Of a DNA stretch of 64,000 nucleotides, positions 40,183 through 53,044 are shown in pieces. The stretch spans positions 16,430,001 through 16,494,000 of the forward strand of contig NC_043010.1 in NCBI RefSeq assembly GCF_006345805.1. Direction: 5' to 3'. Positions within the stretch are counted from its first letter, which is position 1; each line of letters begins with the position of its first letter. The position numbers were made by a program, and so were the translations under genes. A model generated the notes under the pieces. It was given only the letters and a program-made list of their open reading frames with translations. It was not told the origin of the DNA and did not search any database. Source of the stretch: Octopus sinensis (lineage: Eukaryota).

Positions 40183-41410
40183 TTCTTCTTCTTTCAAATT
40201 TGCTTCCATTTCTTGCCGGGTGTCTTCCCGACTCCTAGGGCAAAGAAACTCATAGTATACATTGGTAGGCCATTAAACCAAACTCAGTAGTTCGTTCATT
40301 TAAAAAAATTTTTTTTTTTTAAGTTAAATTAAAATACATGAGCAGCAACAGTTCTCACATCGACAATGCTCTTCTCAATACGTGTGATGTACCACCAGTT
40401 AAGACAATCTTTTGCACTTCTTGCAGGGATGGTAAGCCAGGGATCATTCTCATATAATTTTCGGTTCCCTTCTTGATCATTCCTAGTGCTCCTACGATCA
40501 CTGGTATTGTAACCGCCTTGAGATGCCACATTTTCTCAATTTCAATGAGTAGGTCTTTATATTTTCTGAGCTTGTCAAACTCTTTCGCTGAGATATTATG
40601 ATCACAGGGGATGCTCATGTCGATCAATAAGCAAACTTTATTGTTTTGGTCTTTCACAACAATATCTGGTTTATTGGCCTTGATGGTTCGGTCTGTATGT
40701 ACTGGAAAGTCCCACAGAATGGTTACATTTTCTCCTTCAGTTACAGCCTCAGGGTGGTGATTATACCACTTGTCGGCAGTTTTGATATTGTAATGCCGAC
40801 TAATTAGCCAGTGGAGATATTGGCCAACTCTGTCATGTCTTAATTTATACTCCACTGGTGCTAAGACTTTACATCCAGAGATTAGGTGGTCCACTGTTTC
40901 AATCATGTCGTTGCAGAATCGGCATTTTGGGTCTGCTCCATTTTTCATCACATTGGCCTGGTAGTTCCGGGTTAATAGGCTTTGATCTTGAGCAGCCAGG
41001 ATGAAACCTTCGCTCTCTGCTTTTAGCCCTGAGCTCCGTAGCCACTGATGGGTTTGCTTCTGGTCAACATCAGCTTGTTTGCTGCGGGTCACATATTTGC
41101 CGTGCAGAGGTTTCTCCTCCCACCTATCAGCCAATTGCTCGTGCGCTTTTTTCATTGCCATCATTTTCACCTTCTTTGCAACAATAGTTGCCGTACTTCC
41201 CTCGGGTTGTTCAGTTTGGGTATCCTGCACGAGATCAGTAGCAAATTTTTTGCTTTCCTTTATTATAGAATGAAGCTTCTTTCGTCTCTCGTGATTTTCC
41301 ACGAGCTTTAGCATCCAGTCATTCGATATTTCGAGATATTTGGCCAGTCCAATTGTGGTTGTTTTGTAAGCTAGTTCAAATTGGATCAGGCCTCGACCTC
41401 CTTGGGCTCT

Positions 41411-41412
<2 letters not shown>
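40183..41412 (-). mobile_element. 5'-truncated R4/Dong-clade non-LTR retrotransposon (family A) inserted in (TAA)n
   Basis: Open frame from RAQGGRGL to the stop, ~170-bp 3' UTR, (TAA)n on both sides of the sense strand. Confidence 0.9.
40355..41314 (-). CDS. C-terminal zinc knuckle plus restriction-like endonuclease of an R4/Dong element (truncated ORF; frame stays open to ~41413)
   Basis: LKAESEGFILAAQDQ, CRFC..ETVDHLISGC, RHD, KPDIVVKD..IDMSIP, KLRKYKDL, PVIVGALG; no internal stop. Confidence 0.9.
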   Translation of the reverse strand: MLKLVENHERRKKLHSIIKESKKFATDLVQDTQTEQPEGSTATIVAKKVKMMAMKKAHEQLADRWEEKPLHGKYVTRSKQADVDQKQTHQWLRSSGLKAESEGFILAAQDQSLLTRNYQANVMKNGADPKCRFCNDMIETVDHLISGCKVLAPVEYKLRHDRVGQYLHWLISRHYNIKTADKWYNHHPEAVTEGENVTILWDFPVHTDRTIKANKPDIVVKDQNNKVCLLIDMSIPCDHNISAKEFDKLRKYKDLLIEIEKMWHLKAVTIPVIVGALGMIKKGTENYMRMIPGLPSLQEVQKIVLTGGTSHVLRRALSM

Positions 41413-41476
<64 letters not shown>

Positions 41477-41482
41477 TAAGAT

Positions 41483-41686
41483 GGTGGCGAGTCAGCAGAA
41501 TCGTTAGCACACAGGGCAAAATGCTTAGGAGCATTTCGTTTGCCTTTACGTCCTGGGTTCAAATTCCGCCGAGGTTGACTTTACCTTTCATCTTTTCGGA
41601 GCCGATGTACGCGGGGTTCAATATAATCGACTGGTCCCCTCCCATAAAAAAATTTCAGACCTTATGCGTATAGTAGAAAGGATTAT
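41483..41686 (+). mobile_element. ggcggcgagctggc-family SINE
   Basis: Head, core and tagaaaggattatc tail. Confidence 0.8.
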
Positions 41687-41859
41687 CACATCATCATCAT
41701 CACCATCGTCATCTTTGATGTCAAGCTAGTTAATTGCAGTAAATTTTCTCTTGTATTCCCAGGAGTTTTAAGAGACTTTAAAGATTGGCCTTCCATCAAT
41801 TTATTTAGAAGTAGATGGAAAGAAATTAATTCTGTCAAACAAAATTAATCCTGTGGAAT

Positions 41860-41899
<40 letters not shown>

Positions 41900-42048
41900 T
41901 GTGTAAGTTGTTGACTTGGTTCATGCGCCTTTGAGTGTTCTCGTTTTTCATCCCGCAAGGTGTCCAAACACCATCCTACAGACCAAGCTTGGCGCTGTTG
42001 CCGCATGTGTGTGTGTGTATGTATGTATGTTTTATACACACATGTACA

Positions 42049-42091
<43 letters not shown>

Positions 42092-43085
42092 TACAGTATA
42101 AGTAAATCAAATAAATAGTACATACACCTCTAATTTCTCACTCCATGTATCGTAGTTACATCCGTATTACTTACATTTCGCTGATTCATTTCACTTTGTG
42201 CTACATTTATACGGAATTTGAAATAAATACCAGTGTTATATCCGGGTCGTTGCATAACGATATGTGATTTGTTAGTGTGTAACGTTAAGTACGACTCCAT
42301 AGCTGGGAAATGGGCCGTGTTTATGAGTTCGATTTACCCTAAAATACATTGAGAATAAATGTCTTCACTGGTGACCCAAACACCCAGCGGGTTAAGGGTG
42401 GAATTTCTGTAGAAACCCTACACCCACTCGTACAGAAAAAGCACAAACATATTTACTAATAATGAGATATGGGTTGATAAATCCGAAACCGTGTTTATTT
42501 GAATGAATAAACTTTTTCAGGCTGGCGGAAATGATTACAGCCGACAGGGAACAGTTTAAATACGGCCAACACACTGAAGTATTATTGAAGAAAAGTAAAT
42601 CTCTTAGACTTTTCTTCCTCCAGTAGTGAACAGCAGCTTTGTCCTTCATTTCTTCCTCTGCGTTTTCAAAGTTAGTTTTATCAATGTACATTATTTTGCT
42701 ACAATGTGTCATTATTTGTCTATGTTTATCTGTTTGTGTATCTATATCTGATAATCTGCTTCTGGTGCGCGTGTGCGTGTGCAAGGGTGTCTTCTGTTTG
42801 ACTGTTTGCCACTTATCACATGTGTAATATTTGCCTCAGTTACAAAATATACATCACTGTTATATTTGTCTGCACACACATTGTGGAATCCACATTTGTA
42901 ACGTCAGTGGGTGTTTACACATTCACACACACACACACACACACACACAACACACACACACACACATACACAGGTGAGTTGGACATATGCTTTGTATTAA
43001 GTGTACAGACACACACTTTTGTATGCACATGCTAGCGCACGCTCTCACTTACTCACACGCGCACACACACACACATATACGCACG

Positions 43086-43167
<82 letters not shown>

Positions 43168-43537
43168 TACAAACATGCAAACACATAGATGAATAATCTT
43201 CAAGTTATTCATTCCGTTCGACTCCCTGACTGTTGCTGCTCCCGAAATCCCCACTCGGGACTAATTTAGTCAATGTTTCTTGTAAGAAGTACATCATATG
43301 TTGAAATATACACCATCGACTTTCAATTGGCACACATACACGCGCGCGAGCGTAAAGTGTATTTTTGTTGTTCAGTTATGAAAACAAAGGTGTCCTAAAG
43401 AGATTTCTGGTGAAAATGTCTGGTTCTGTTGACGGAGATGAAGGTTTGTTGTAAGGCACACTGGGTAGGAGTTAAAAGGATCCACTTACAACACACACAG
43501 CTACATACATACATACATACATACATACATACATACG

Positions 43538-43579
<42 letters not shown>

Positions 43580-43582
<3 letters not shown>

Positions 43583-44136
43583 GCCCTGATGCAGTACCAG
43601 GCAGTGGCTCTCATGGCTTCTGATCTTAACTGATTGGAAGTGTTATCATGTACATTGTTTTGTCTTGGTATAAAAGATGGGCTACAGCAAATATTCTGCT
43701 CAATACCACAGATTTGCTTGTCAGTTGTTTGACCTTAACCAGTTGAGCATGTCCCTTAGTGGCTGACGATATGTGCATCTCTGATCACGAGCAGAAGTAG
43801 TGGGGGAGCATCATAGCCATGTGTTGAGAGGGATTCTTTGGGGTTTGAATAATTCACCTCTGGAAACATGGGTGTTTCTTTCAACATCCTTAAACAACCC
43901 TTATTCAGGGACCTTTTGAGCGGGATGGGCTACTCAACCTGAAGAAAATTCTAACTGGGCCCCACCTGCAAGGTCATGTGCTGTTTATCTTGATAAGAGA
44001 TCACCATGTCGCGCACATATGGTTGTGATGCATGTGCCTGGTGTACCTTTATCAGACGGGTAGTCATGATGGGTATATTGGGCTTCGTATATTTTACCCC
44101 AGTGTCACTTTGATGGCATGCACTGCTCTCTCACTC
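43580..44136 (+). mobile_element. ~560-bp non-coding retroposon flanked on both sides by (TAA)n
   Basis: aaatgccctgatgcagtacc...gcactgctctctcactc; second copy at 36417-36903. Confidence 0.85.
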
Positions 44137-44728
44137 AATAATAATAATAATAATAGTAACTTGCGGGACCCGTGAATGTTTCACGGAATTAATGGTAAAC
44201 TTATTGGATTATTTCTGAAAACTTTATCCCAAAACCTGAAAGTGTATCCTGTGTTGTGTCTATATGGAAAGAAGGTCGCTCATCTGCCACTCATTGAGAA
44301 GTGAAGCGAATTGGAATGCGATGATTACTTAATGCACTTTGTATTTATACTTTATATACCTTATGCATAATTTTATAGACGTAATACACACCACTCTCTC
44401 TCTCGCTCTCGCTCTCTCGCTCTCGCTCTCTCGCTCACTCTCTCACTCTTACAATCTTTTTCTTTCTCCCCCTTTTTCTCTCGCTTTTTGCCTTTCCCTT
44501 CAACTAATTAAGTGAAAGCTTTACAGACAGACTAAGTAATGAAGGAAAAAAAACTTAGTTTAAAAAATTTGCACATTTCACTTACCATCATCCCGCCCTC
44601 CCCTCTCCTTCCACATCTCCTCCCTCCTATTCCCTCTCCCCTTCCCATTTCTCCTTCCCTCTCAACTAATTACGTGAAAGCGTTACGGACGGGCTAAGTA
44701 GCGGAGGAACAAGCAGAAGTATTATAAG

Positions 44729-44783
<55 letters not shown>

Positions 44784-44822
44784 TAAAAATAAAAATAATA
44801 ATGATGATAATAATAATAATAA

Positions 44823-45005
44823 GGCCTTCAACTTCGGTAGCATGGGTAAGTCTGTATCATCACCCACAGTGCTCAGCTGGTATTTATTTCATCGATCTCG
44901 AAAGGATGAAAGGTAAAGTCGACCTCGGCGTAAAGAGCGTAAAGACGGACGAAACGTCGCTAAACATTTTTCCCGGCACGGTAACGATCCTACAAGTTCG
45001 CCGCC
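44823..45005 (-). mobile_element. ggcggcgagctggc-family SINE, diverged
   Basis: cgaaaggatgaaaggtaaagtcgacctcggcg core. Confidence 0.7.
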
Positions 45006-45104
45006 TTAAATAATAATAATAATCATTATTATTATTATAAACGAGGAAATCCTCTGTTTTCAATTTCATAATTGGTAAGAAGGAAAAAAAGAATGAGAAA
45101 AGAA

Positions 45105-45575
45105 ATAAAGGATAAAGAATATTTTGTCGAACAGTTTTGTGTAAATGTGATGAAATTCTCCTGTCATTTTATCCATGCCTCCAGGGCGTGATGCTATTAA
45201 TTCACAAATATATTTGTCCTCATTCATTTTGAGAACTGAAAATGTAGTAGAGTCAGAATATTTTCTAAGAATGTGTACCTTCAAGCGTTCCTCAAAATTG
45301 CAGCCGTTTAATGTATAATGTTCAGCAAATTCTGTTGGACTACTGTCATTGAGCCTCACGTCATACCTTTTCCACCTTTTAATTGTTCTGTTGCACAATC
45401 CACATAACTCAAGTTGTGACTGGTGCATTCTGTTGCGTACACCAAATGGGAATCTTTACACGTCCAACCGTCCGTATAAATCAACATTTCTGTTATGATT
45501 CTTGATGGAACTGACTTGACTTTGTTTTTCAAAGTGCAGCGTTCAGAAGCTCCAATGGTAGCTTTCTTGGGGGTT
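45105..45575 (-). pseudogene. Penelope-like GIY-YIG endonuclease remnant
   Basis: TCKDSHLVYATECTSHNLSYVDCAT (C.S.NVIY.I.C..C...YIG), then AEHY...LKVHIL...EDKYICEL...PGGMDK in another frame; frameshifted. Confidence 0.7.
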
Positions 45576-46083
45576 AGAACAGTGGTTCCCAACCGATTTT
45601 TGGCCATGCCCCACCGAATCATTTCTAAAATCCTGATGCTCCCTTGTGATATTTAATTTTTGTTATTCAAAATTTGGACAATACTTACAATATTACCCGA
45701 AAACAAAATTTCGAAAAAATAGGGCAACGGACGTAAAAAAAATGTGTAGGAAACGAATATGAAAAAACAAATGCGCGGAAATCAACGGGGGTGGAAAATC
45801 AACCGGCATAGATTACGATTATAATGAAATTTGTGGGACAATCTTTTCCGAGGTGCGGGGAGAGGACTTCGGAAAATTCACAAGGTCCGAGTTTTTCGCC
45901 CATAATTTGGTGATAGTTTATCGTGGATAGCGAGTATAAATCCAAATTTTAAATATTCCTCTGAATATTGAACTTTTTTTTTACTTGCACTAATTTTATG
46001 TATTTTTGAATCGGCATAACTGCAGATTTCTGCGCCCCCGACTTTGGATGATCATATCGCAGGGTCTAATCTGCGCTGCCTAA

Positions 46084-46275
46084 GAGCAAGCATTAAGAAC
46101 CAATTACATTAAATACAGAATAGACAACACATCAGAAAGTGATAAGTGCAGAATCTGTGGACAAAACTGTGAAACTGTATAGCATATTACCAGTCAATGT
46201 ACACCACTAGCCCAGAAAGAATATAAGAGACGCCACAACATAACAAGGATTGTCCATTGGACACTTTGCAACAAG
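46084..46275 (+). pseudogene. R4/Dong-like fragment (family B)
   Basis: EQALRTNYIKYRIDNTSESDKCRICGQNCETV*HITSQCTPLAQKEYKRRHN, homologous to the 39708-39941 ORF. Confidence 0.85.
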
Positions 46276-46489
46276 CCGGTTTCTAACTTAGATCTAAGAC
46301 TCTCTCATGTATGTATGTATGTATGTATGTATGTATGTATGTATGCATGCATGTATGTATGCATGTATGTATGAATTTACGATCTATTTTTAGAATTCTT
46401 TCTATAAAGAAGGAGCTGACCTTTCTTATGAGATAAAGTCTGTCAATAACTCCGTTTCTTTAGAAGTTTATAGTTAACGCCAGGATCTT

Positions 46490-46580
46490 GTGGGTTTTAA
46501 TGCCTTAATATATATGAAGAGGATTTCCTTTACGGATCGGTCAAATGCCCAAAATGTATGGTCTTTCTTTGAGTTTTATT
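46490..46580 (-). pseudogene. Possible PLE GIY-YIG C-terminal remnant
   Basis: HTFWAFDRSVKEILFIYIKALKP resembles WFERGVKEAIYIRALKP; short. Confidence 0.35.
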
Positions 46581-46724
46581 AAAGTTCATGAAAGAGTTCA
46601 CGCCGGTTGCTAACAAAGCAACAAGACATTTTGAGTTCCCAGTATTCGTAAATGTGTGGTTGAGTTGGTGTGTTGGTTGAACTGCTGATGCATACGCTGA
46701 AGTGTGTGCATCTATTCACATAAG

Positions 46725-47700
46725 AATCTCAGATGGAGAACTTTTGGAATGTTTTACAAATCTTCACTGTGCCACTAATAATAGATCGGATTTGGAGAAT
46801 CCGCCTTAGTTTCTTTCGTTCTTTCTTCGTGAAACAGAATATTTCTAGGTTTTTGTGCAAATCTGTTGGTACATAACCTAATGCACCTATGATGATAGGT
46901 ACAAATGAGAATTCATAGTCAGGGTACAAGAGCTGTGAGTTTTGCAGTAATTCGCCACAAATGTTCTCTTTTTCCTGGATATTTAACTGTGCATTCGCAT
47001 CCGCTGGACAGCTGACCTCTACAACAGTGCATGGCTGTTGGTCCCTGTCTCACAGAACAATATCAGTTCTGTTATGTTTGCGCCGAAGTGATGTTTTTAT
47101 TGAGGTGTTCCACCAGTATTCCTTGTTTTTAAAGGTGTGAATACCTGCCGGGTCTGACATGCCTTTGATGTATACGTCAGGGCAGTTCTTCTTGCGGATA
47201 TCATTGTAAATAATTTTTGCAACTATATCATGCCTTAGGGGCAGGTGGTGTCTCGTAGACATTTTTAGACAGCTGCCTACGACATGGGTGATATCTTCCA
47301 CACTGGTATAGCAGAGTCGACATTCTTTATCACAACGTGGAGGTTTTTGTTTATCAGGAATTTAGTAGTTATCTCCTGTTCCTGGATAGCTAAAGCTAGG
47401 TGGGATGTAATGTATCTATCGCATGTCCCGAAGGAGCTACTCTTCAATGCTGTTGTTGCCCTCTAGCTTACGGGATATGTACGCATGCATTGCTTTTTGT
47501 TGGCACGATGCCTGCTTCTCCTCCAAGCTTCTATTTATGTAGGCCAGTCCAGCCTCCTTTGGGTCGCATGAGACAGTTGTATCCTCAGAGTACCTGCACA
47601 GTAGTTCTCCAACTCTGACGATGATGTTACTCTCACTTTTGAGTATGCATAGAGTTACTCATTTCTTTCTTTACTGTTCAGCAGGTGTTGTCTGAATGAT
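46725..47700 (-). pseudogene. Decayed RLE-type non-LTR element C-terminus (family C, R4-like)
   Basis: LAIQEQEITTKFL, CDKECRLC..VEDITHVVGSC, LPLRHD, KHNRTDIVL, FVPIIIGALG, GTVKICKTF; frameshifts. Confidence 0.8.
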
Positions 47701-47707
47701 GTATGTA

Positions 47708-47747
<40 letters not shown>

Positions 47748-48290
47748 TATTCTTCTGTTTTAAACTTACAAATTGTAATGTGCGAGTTTGTTGTTGATTT
47801 CTTGCTTTTTGAAGACCTTAGTTTGTCCAGATCGTTGCGTAGGAATTTACTTGTATGCATGTATGTATGTATGTATGTCCATCCGTCCTGACTATGACAC
47901 TTCAAACTGCATCTGGTAGTGGGACTCTGGTTCACGGGTTTCAGGATTTTAAGGAATGTGCAAACACCTCCTGACCACTATTAATCCCAGGTCAACTCTG
48001 ATCTGGAGACGTAGTACCTGTTAGGGCCCCAGTTATGGGTTAACTAGCATGTGTGGTGACATTCTGTCAGAACGCGGATACGCAGAAATGCCCTTATTTG
48101 GTGTGAGAGCGTGCACTAAAACCACAGACAGCGAGGGACCTTTAGCTGTTGTTACAGCATCCTTCTAGGAGAGGGTTACTTTGATGTAAAACCTATGGCT
48201 TTACTTTATTTCTGGTCACCTCGCTTCGGCCTGTCATGAAGTACTAATCAGAGACACTCAGAGAGTGGTAACGAGTGCAGGTATAACCAG

Positions 48291-48520
48291 GGCGGCGAGC
48301 TGGCAGAATCGTTAGCACGCCGGGCGAAATGCTTAGCAGTATTTCGTCTGCCGTTACGTTCTGAGTTCAAATTCCGCCGAGTTCGACTTTGTCTTTCATC
48401 CTTTCGGGGTCGATAAATTACGTACCAGTTACGCACTGGGAACGCTGTCGTCGACTTAATCCGTTTGTCTGTCCTTGTTTGTCCCCTCTGTGTTTAGCCT
48501 CTTGTGGGTAGTAAAGAAAT
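48291..48520 (+). mobile_element. Full-length ggcggcgagctggc-family SINE with a 12-bp TSD
   Basis: TSD aggtataaccag at 48279-48290 and 48521-48532. Confidence 0.92.
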
Positions 48521-49027
48521 AGGTATAACCAGTTGGAAGCACACAGTAAATTACAACTTTCAGGTGTCACTTAGGCTTCAAATCATGGGACTGAATAGTC
48601 ATCTAAGAGGTCATGGATGGAAAGCTAAAAACGCCATTGACAACCCGGAATCACAAGGAGTGGCAGTTATCTGTGAAGTTGGAGCAATCAACTATACATG
48701 CATGCTTGCATGTATGTATGTATGTATGTATGTATGTATGTATGATGTACGTACGTATGTATGTATGTATGTATGTATGTATTATGTATGTATGTATGTA
48801 TGTATGTATGTATGTATGTATGTATGTACGTACGTACGTATGTATGTATGTATGTGTATGTGTGTATGTATGTATATATGTATGTATGCATGGGATGGAG
48901 TAAATATTTATTCTCGTAATACCAGATTAAGTGGACATGCATTTTCTAAATCTGCCTACGACGTCACACATAAAATAAATTGATTGAGTTATATGTATAA
49001 GTTCTAAAGATTTAAATTCGGATACCT

Positions 49028-49067
<40 letters not shown>

Positions 49068-49591
49068 ACGTGTGGTTTAAAAAAACCCCAGATGATTAAC
49101 TATTTTATTAAACATCCAACATTGGTGGGTTGACATTTCATAAACCCCGTTAAACCCAATAACATAAACGTTGTGTCATTGGAATGAAATTACTTTGAAA
49201 ATCTGTCTTAAATGAAATACTGTCGGCGATTAGGGTATTCTTTGAGGTTTGAAATAAAGTATTTATTGATGAGGCAGTGATTCCAGATTTTACAAGGAAA
49301 AAAAGCAATTTATAAATATGTAGCGACATGTTTTATTTACTTTGTACATATCTTTGCGCGCGCGCGCGTCTCCCATGTATACGGTATATGCATATACGTA
49401 AAAAGAAACACACACACATACACGTGCCTAATTACCATAAATTTCTAATAATGAATGTCTAGGATTATCCATATATATACACGCGATCGTGTGTATATAT
49501 ACTTCTAGAAAGCTAATTCTCGATCGAATACTTGGTCGTTAAAGACTTTCTTCCAGCTGCCTGTACAATTCCTTGAATTGCTTAACACAGA

Positions 49592-49668
<77 letters not shown>

Positions 49669-49735
49669 GAGAGAGAGAGAGAAGAGAGAGAGAGACAGAC
49701 AGAGACAGACAGAGAGTGAGAGAGAGAGAGAGAGA

Positions 49736-49772
<37 letters not shown>

Positions 49773-49825
49773 ACGATGAAAATAAACAGTTTGGGCTAGA
49801 TATATAAAAATATACATATATATAC

Positions 49826-49899
<74 letters not shown>

Positions 49900-49910
49900 T
49901 ATATATATAT

Positions 49911-49981
<71 letters not shown>

Positions 49982-50323
49982 ACACACACAAGTAAATATT
50001 CAGATGTTGAACATTCGTGTATAGATCTATTGATATATATTAACTTATGCAGAGTACAAAGACACAGAAAATTAAGGGGAGAAGTATGGTTTTACAGGTC
50101 CTACAGCTGTTTCTTGGGGCTCGGAATTCATTATATATATGTATGTGTGTGTGTATTGATATGTGACCGTGTGCGTATTTATAAATGTATTGTCTATAAA
50201 CATGCTATATGCTTTGATTTCTGACTAAAGATATTCTCTGTCAAGTAAGATCCTGGCTCTAATTAACCCCAAAATGTGGAACTGGTAACTGTGTTGGCAC
50301 GGTGATGGTATAAATAGATTACA

Positions 50324-50740
50324 AGGCGGCTAGCTGGCAGAGTCGTTAGCACGCCGGGCGAAATGCTTAGCAGTATTTCGTCTGCTGTTACGTTCTAAGT
50401 TCAAATTCCGCCGAGGTCGACTTTGCCTTTCATTCTTTCGGGGTCGATAAATTAAGTACCAGTTACGCACTGAGGTCGATGTAATCGACTTAATCCCTTT
50501 GTCTGTCCTTGTTTGTCCACTCTATGTTTAACCCCTTGTGGGTAGTAAAGAAATAGGTATTTCGTCTGCCGTTACGTTGTGAGTTCAAATTCCGCCGAGG
50601 TCGACTTTGCCTTTCATTCTTTCGGGGTCGATAAATTAAGTACCAGTTACGCACTGAGGTCGATGTAATCGACTTAATACCTATGTCTGTCCTTGTTTGT
50701 CCCCTCTATGTTTAGCCCCTTGTGGGTAGGAAAGAAATAA
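50324..50740 (+). mobile_element. SINE with one head and two tandem bodies inside a single 16-bp TSD
   Basis: TSD gtataaatagattaca at 50308-50323 and 50741-50756; second body starts at ~50557 (gtatttcgtc). Confidence 0.9.
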
Positions 50741-51839
50741 GTATAAATAGATTACACACACACACACATACACATACACACACACAATGACTGAAAAAAT
50801 ATTCATATGTACATACGCAAATTCAACAAACAGAAGTGCATAAGCTTTCAATGACTTTGTGGGATTGGTGAATAATAAAGTAGTGATTTAGCTCTGCTTC
50901 ATTGCTCCATTTGTAAAACTTGGAAGGTTTTGGGATCGGTGTTGGGCGAATTTGAGTGACATTATGTGCACGATGGAATTATCAGAAAATTCTTTCAATC
51001 GGGTTGAAACCGGAACTTTGACTCTCAGGAGTGAACGAGGTGCAAACTCTATGTGGTCGCTCGATCTGCTAAAATTAGTAGCCACATATCTTTCAAACTA
51101 TACTGCATCATCTTTGAGAAAAAGGTGGTGGTTGGTGCGAAGACTCTTAGATAGCATAATGTAGTCATTGATACGATGTCTGAAAATAGTGGTGGAATGT
51201 CAGTCGGCTGAATCAGTTCTCACACGGACACTGTAAACAACGACTCATTGTGTGCCCCACACACATGCACACACGCCAGATACTTAACTAGGGAGGCTCG
51301 AACGAAGTACCTTTAACTATAATCAATACGAATTAGGCTAATTGTGGAACCATATTGATAATTGAGGAACCTACTAAGTCGATATCCTGGCAACGTCAGC
51401 GTGCGCGCGCGTGTGTTAACCTTAAAAGGAGCAGTAGAGAACTGTCATTGTTATCCCACCCTTTTTATTTAATAAAAAAAAAAGGACAACCACACATCAC
51501 CCGTCAACTATTGATCAGTCCATCACACTAGCTGTATCACCAAATTGATAGAACGCTGTGTCAGGAATACGGTCCGCAATTTCTGAAACTCCCACCAACC
51601 TCATTCAAGTTGCACAGTTTGAAGCCAACCCACCCAATTCCTTGAAGAACCATCATAATCAAGACGGCCGTTCCTGAGCGGACGTTATATGTATCTCCAT
51701 TTCATCAATGGTGATTTATACGAGCAGTTAACTCCGGTTGCTTTATAAATATATTAACCTACATATGTAGGTGTGTGTGTATTATACACACAAATACGCA
51801 CACATCTACAAATATATAACTATGTATTATACACACACA

Positions 51840-51902
<63 letters not shown>

Positions 51903-51903
51903 T

Positions 51904-51942
<39 letters not shown>

Positions 51943-51961
51943 AATACATATATACATATAT

Positions 51962-52020
<59 letters not shown>

Positions 52021-52061
52021 CATACGCGTGCGCACACACACACGCACACACACATGTATAT

Positions 52062-52910
52062 AAATTAAAAAATGGAGTCAAACGCAGGTGTTATTCAAAT
52101 CATTTATACTTCCAACTTATGTTTCGAAGAAAGCATTGATATTATTCTGGAGGGAATAAAAATGATGAAAAACAATGCAATTATCTCGTCAGGGAGAAAA
52201 GAGAAATAAAACACATCAATAAGCCATTTTAACTGAATGTAATTACCGCGTATGTGATGAAGGAGAACGCTGGCAAGTTATTTTTTAAAAAAAACGTTAA
52301 TAGATTTAACGTCAAAGGTAATTTAGAGAAGGATGAGAAAGAAAGAAATTCACAGAAAATTAAGAGTGGAGAAATATAGTTTGATAGATGAATAGGAATA
52401 AAGCTTAAAAGCATGGAAATAGATATATGTAGTGGAAATTTTATAGATTGGTAGAAATTACTTATAGAGACTAAAGGTATGTTTTTGCCAATGTTTACAA
52501 CGATAAAAGCGTTCTTTAAACATATTTACAAGAGCATTCTCCGAGAAAAGGATGAAAAATTGTTCTTCGTTACAGAACGGATAGAAAGATTTACCTTTGT
52601 CATATGGGCAGGATCTAGATAGAATTTTCCATTCCAAATCGAATTGTTTATTATGTTCCTTTAGAGACTAAATTAATTTACTAAACACAGTATTGTTGAG
52701 TTTATTTATATGTCTAAATGTAGAGTGATGGTTAGAAATTCTTTTCGACAACTGAGACGATGAGCTGCCTATGTAAAGAAAGACATCAGAACCGGAAGTA
52801 GTTTTACATTGATAAACAGAGTTTTTAGTCTTAGAATTATTGCTAAGGAAACGAATACGAAGTATAAATAATTTGAATAACACCTGCGTTTGACTCCATT
52901 CCTTAATTTA
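52062..52910 (-). mobile_element. 5'-truncated Penelope-like element: GIY-YIG end, 3' UTR/pLTR and inverted partial pLTR
   Basis: KTKNSVYQC...YIGSSS..LSKRISNHHSTF...FSKLI*SLKEHN...EWKILSRSCPYDKG...CNEEQFFIL...RCKH (52855-52466); 42-bp inverted repeat 52070-52111 vs 52859-52900. Confidence 0.85.
52109..52197 (-). ncRNA. Hammerhead candidate with extended, partly decayed stem II in the PLE 3' repeat
   Basis: CUCC CUGACGA GAUAAUUGCAUUG...CAAUGCUUUCUUC GAAAC AUAA GUU^ GGAAG; core intact, stem I 3 bp plus wobble. Confidence 0.55.
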
Positions 52911-53044
52911 TCCATGTTACACGAAAACATTTCACTTAACCCTGGAATTTCTACCTTTATAAGTAGGCTGTAATATCCTTAGCACTTCTGTGAATTTTTG
53001 CTACTCTAGTAACTATTTATTTATTTATTCCGCATTGTGCAAAA

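Noticed and set aside
42392-42784. 130-aa minus-strand ORF containing HGFGFINP
   Set aside because: Starts in a dinucleotide repeat; no recognisable domain or splice support.
50888-51164. Possible Tc1/IS630 remnant (SSGFNPIERIF)
   Set aside because: A single short motif resemblance with adjacent stops; no TIRs seen.
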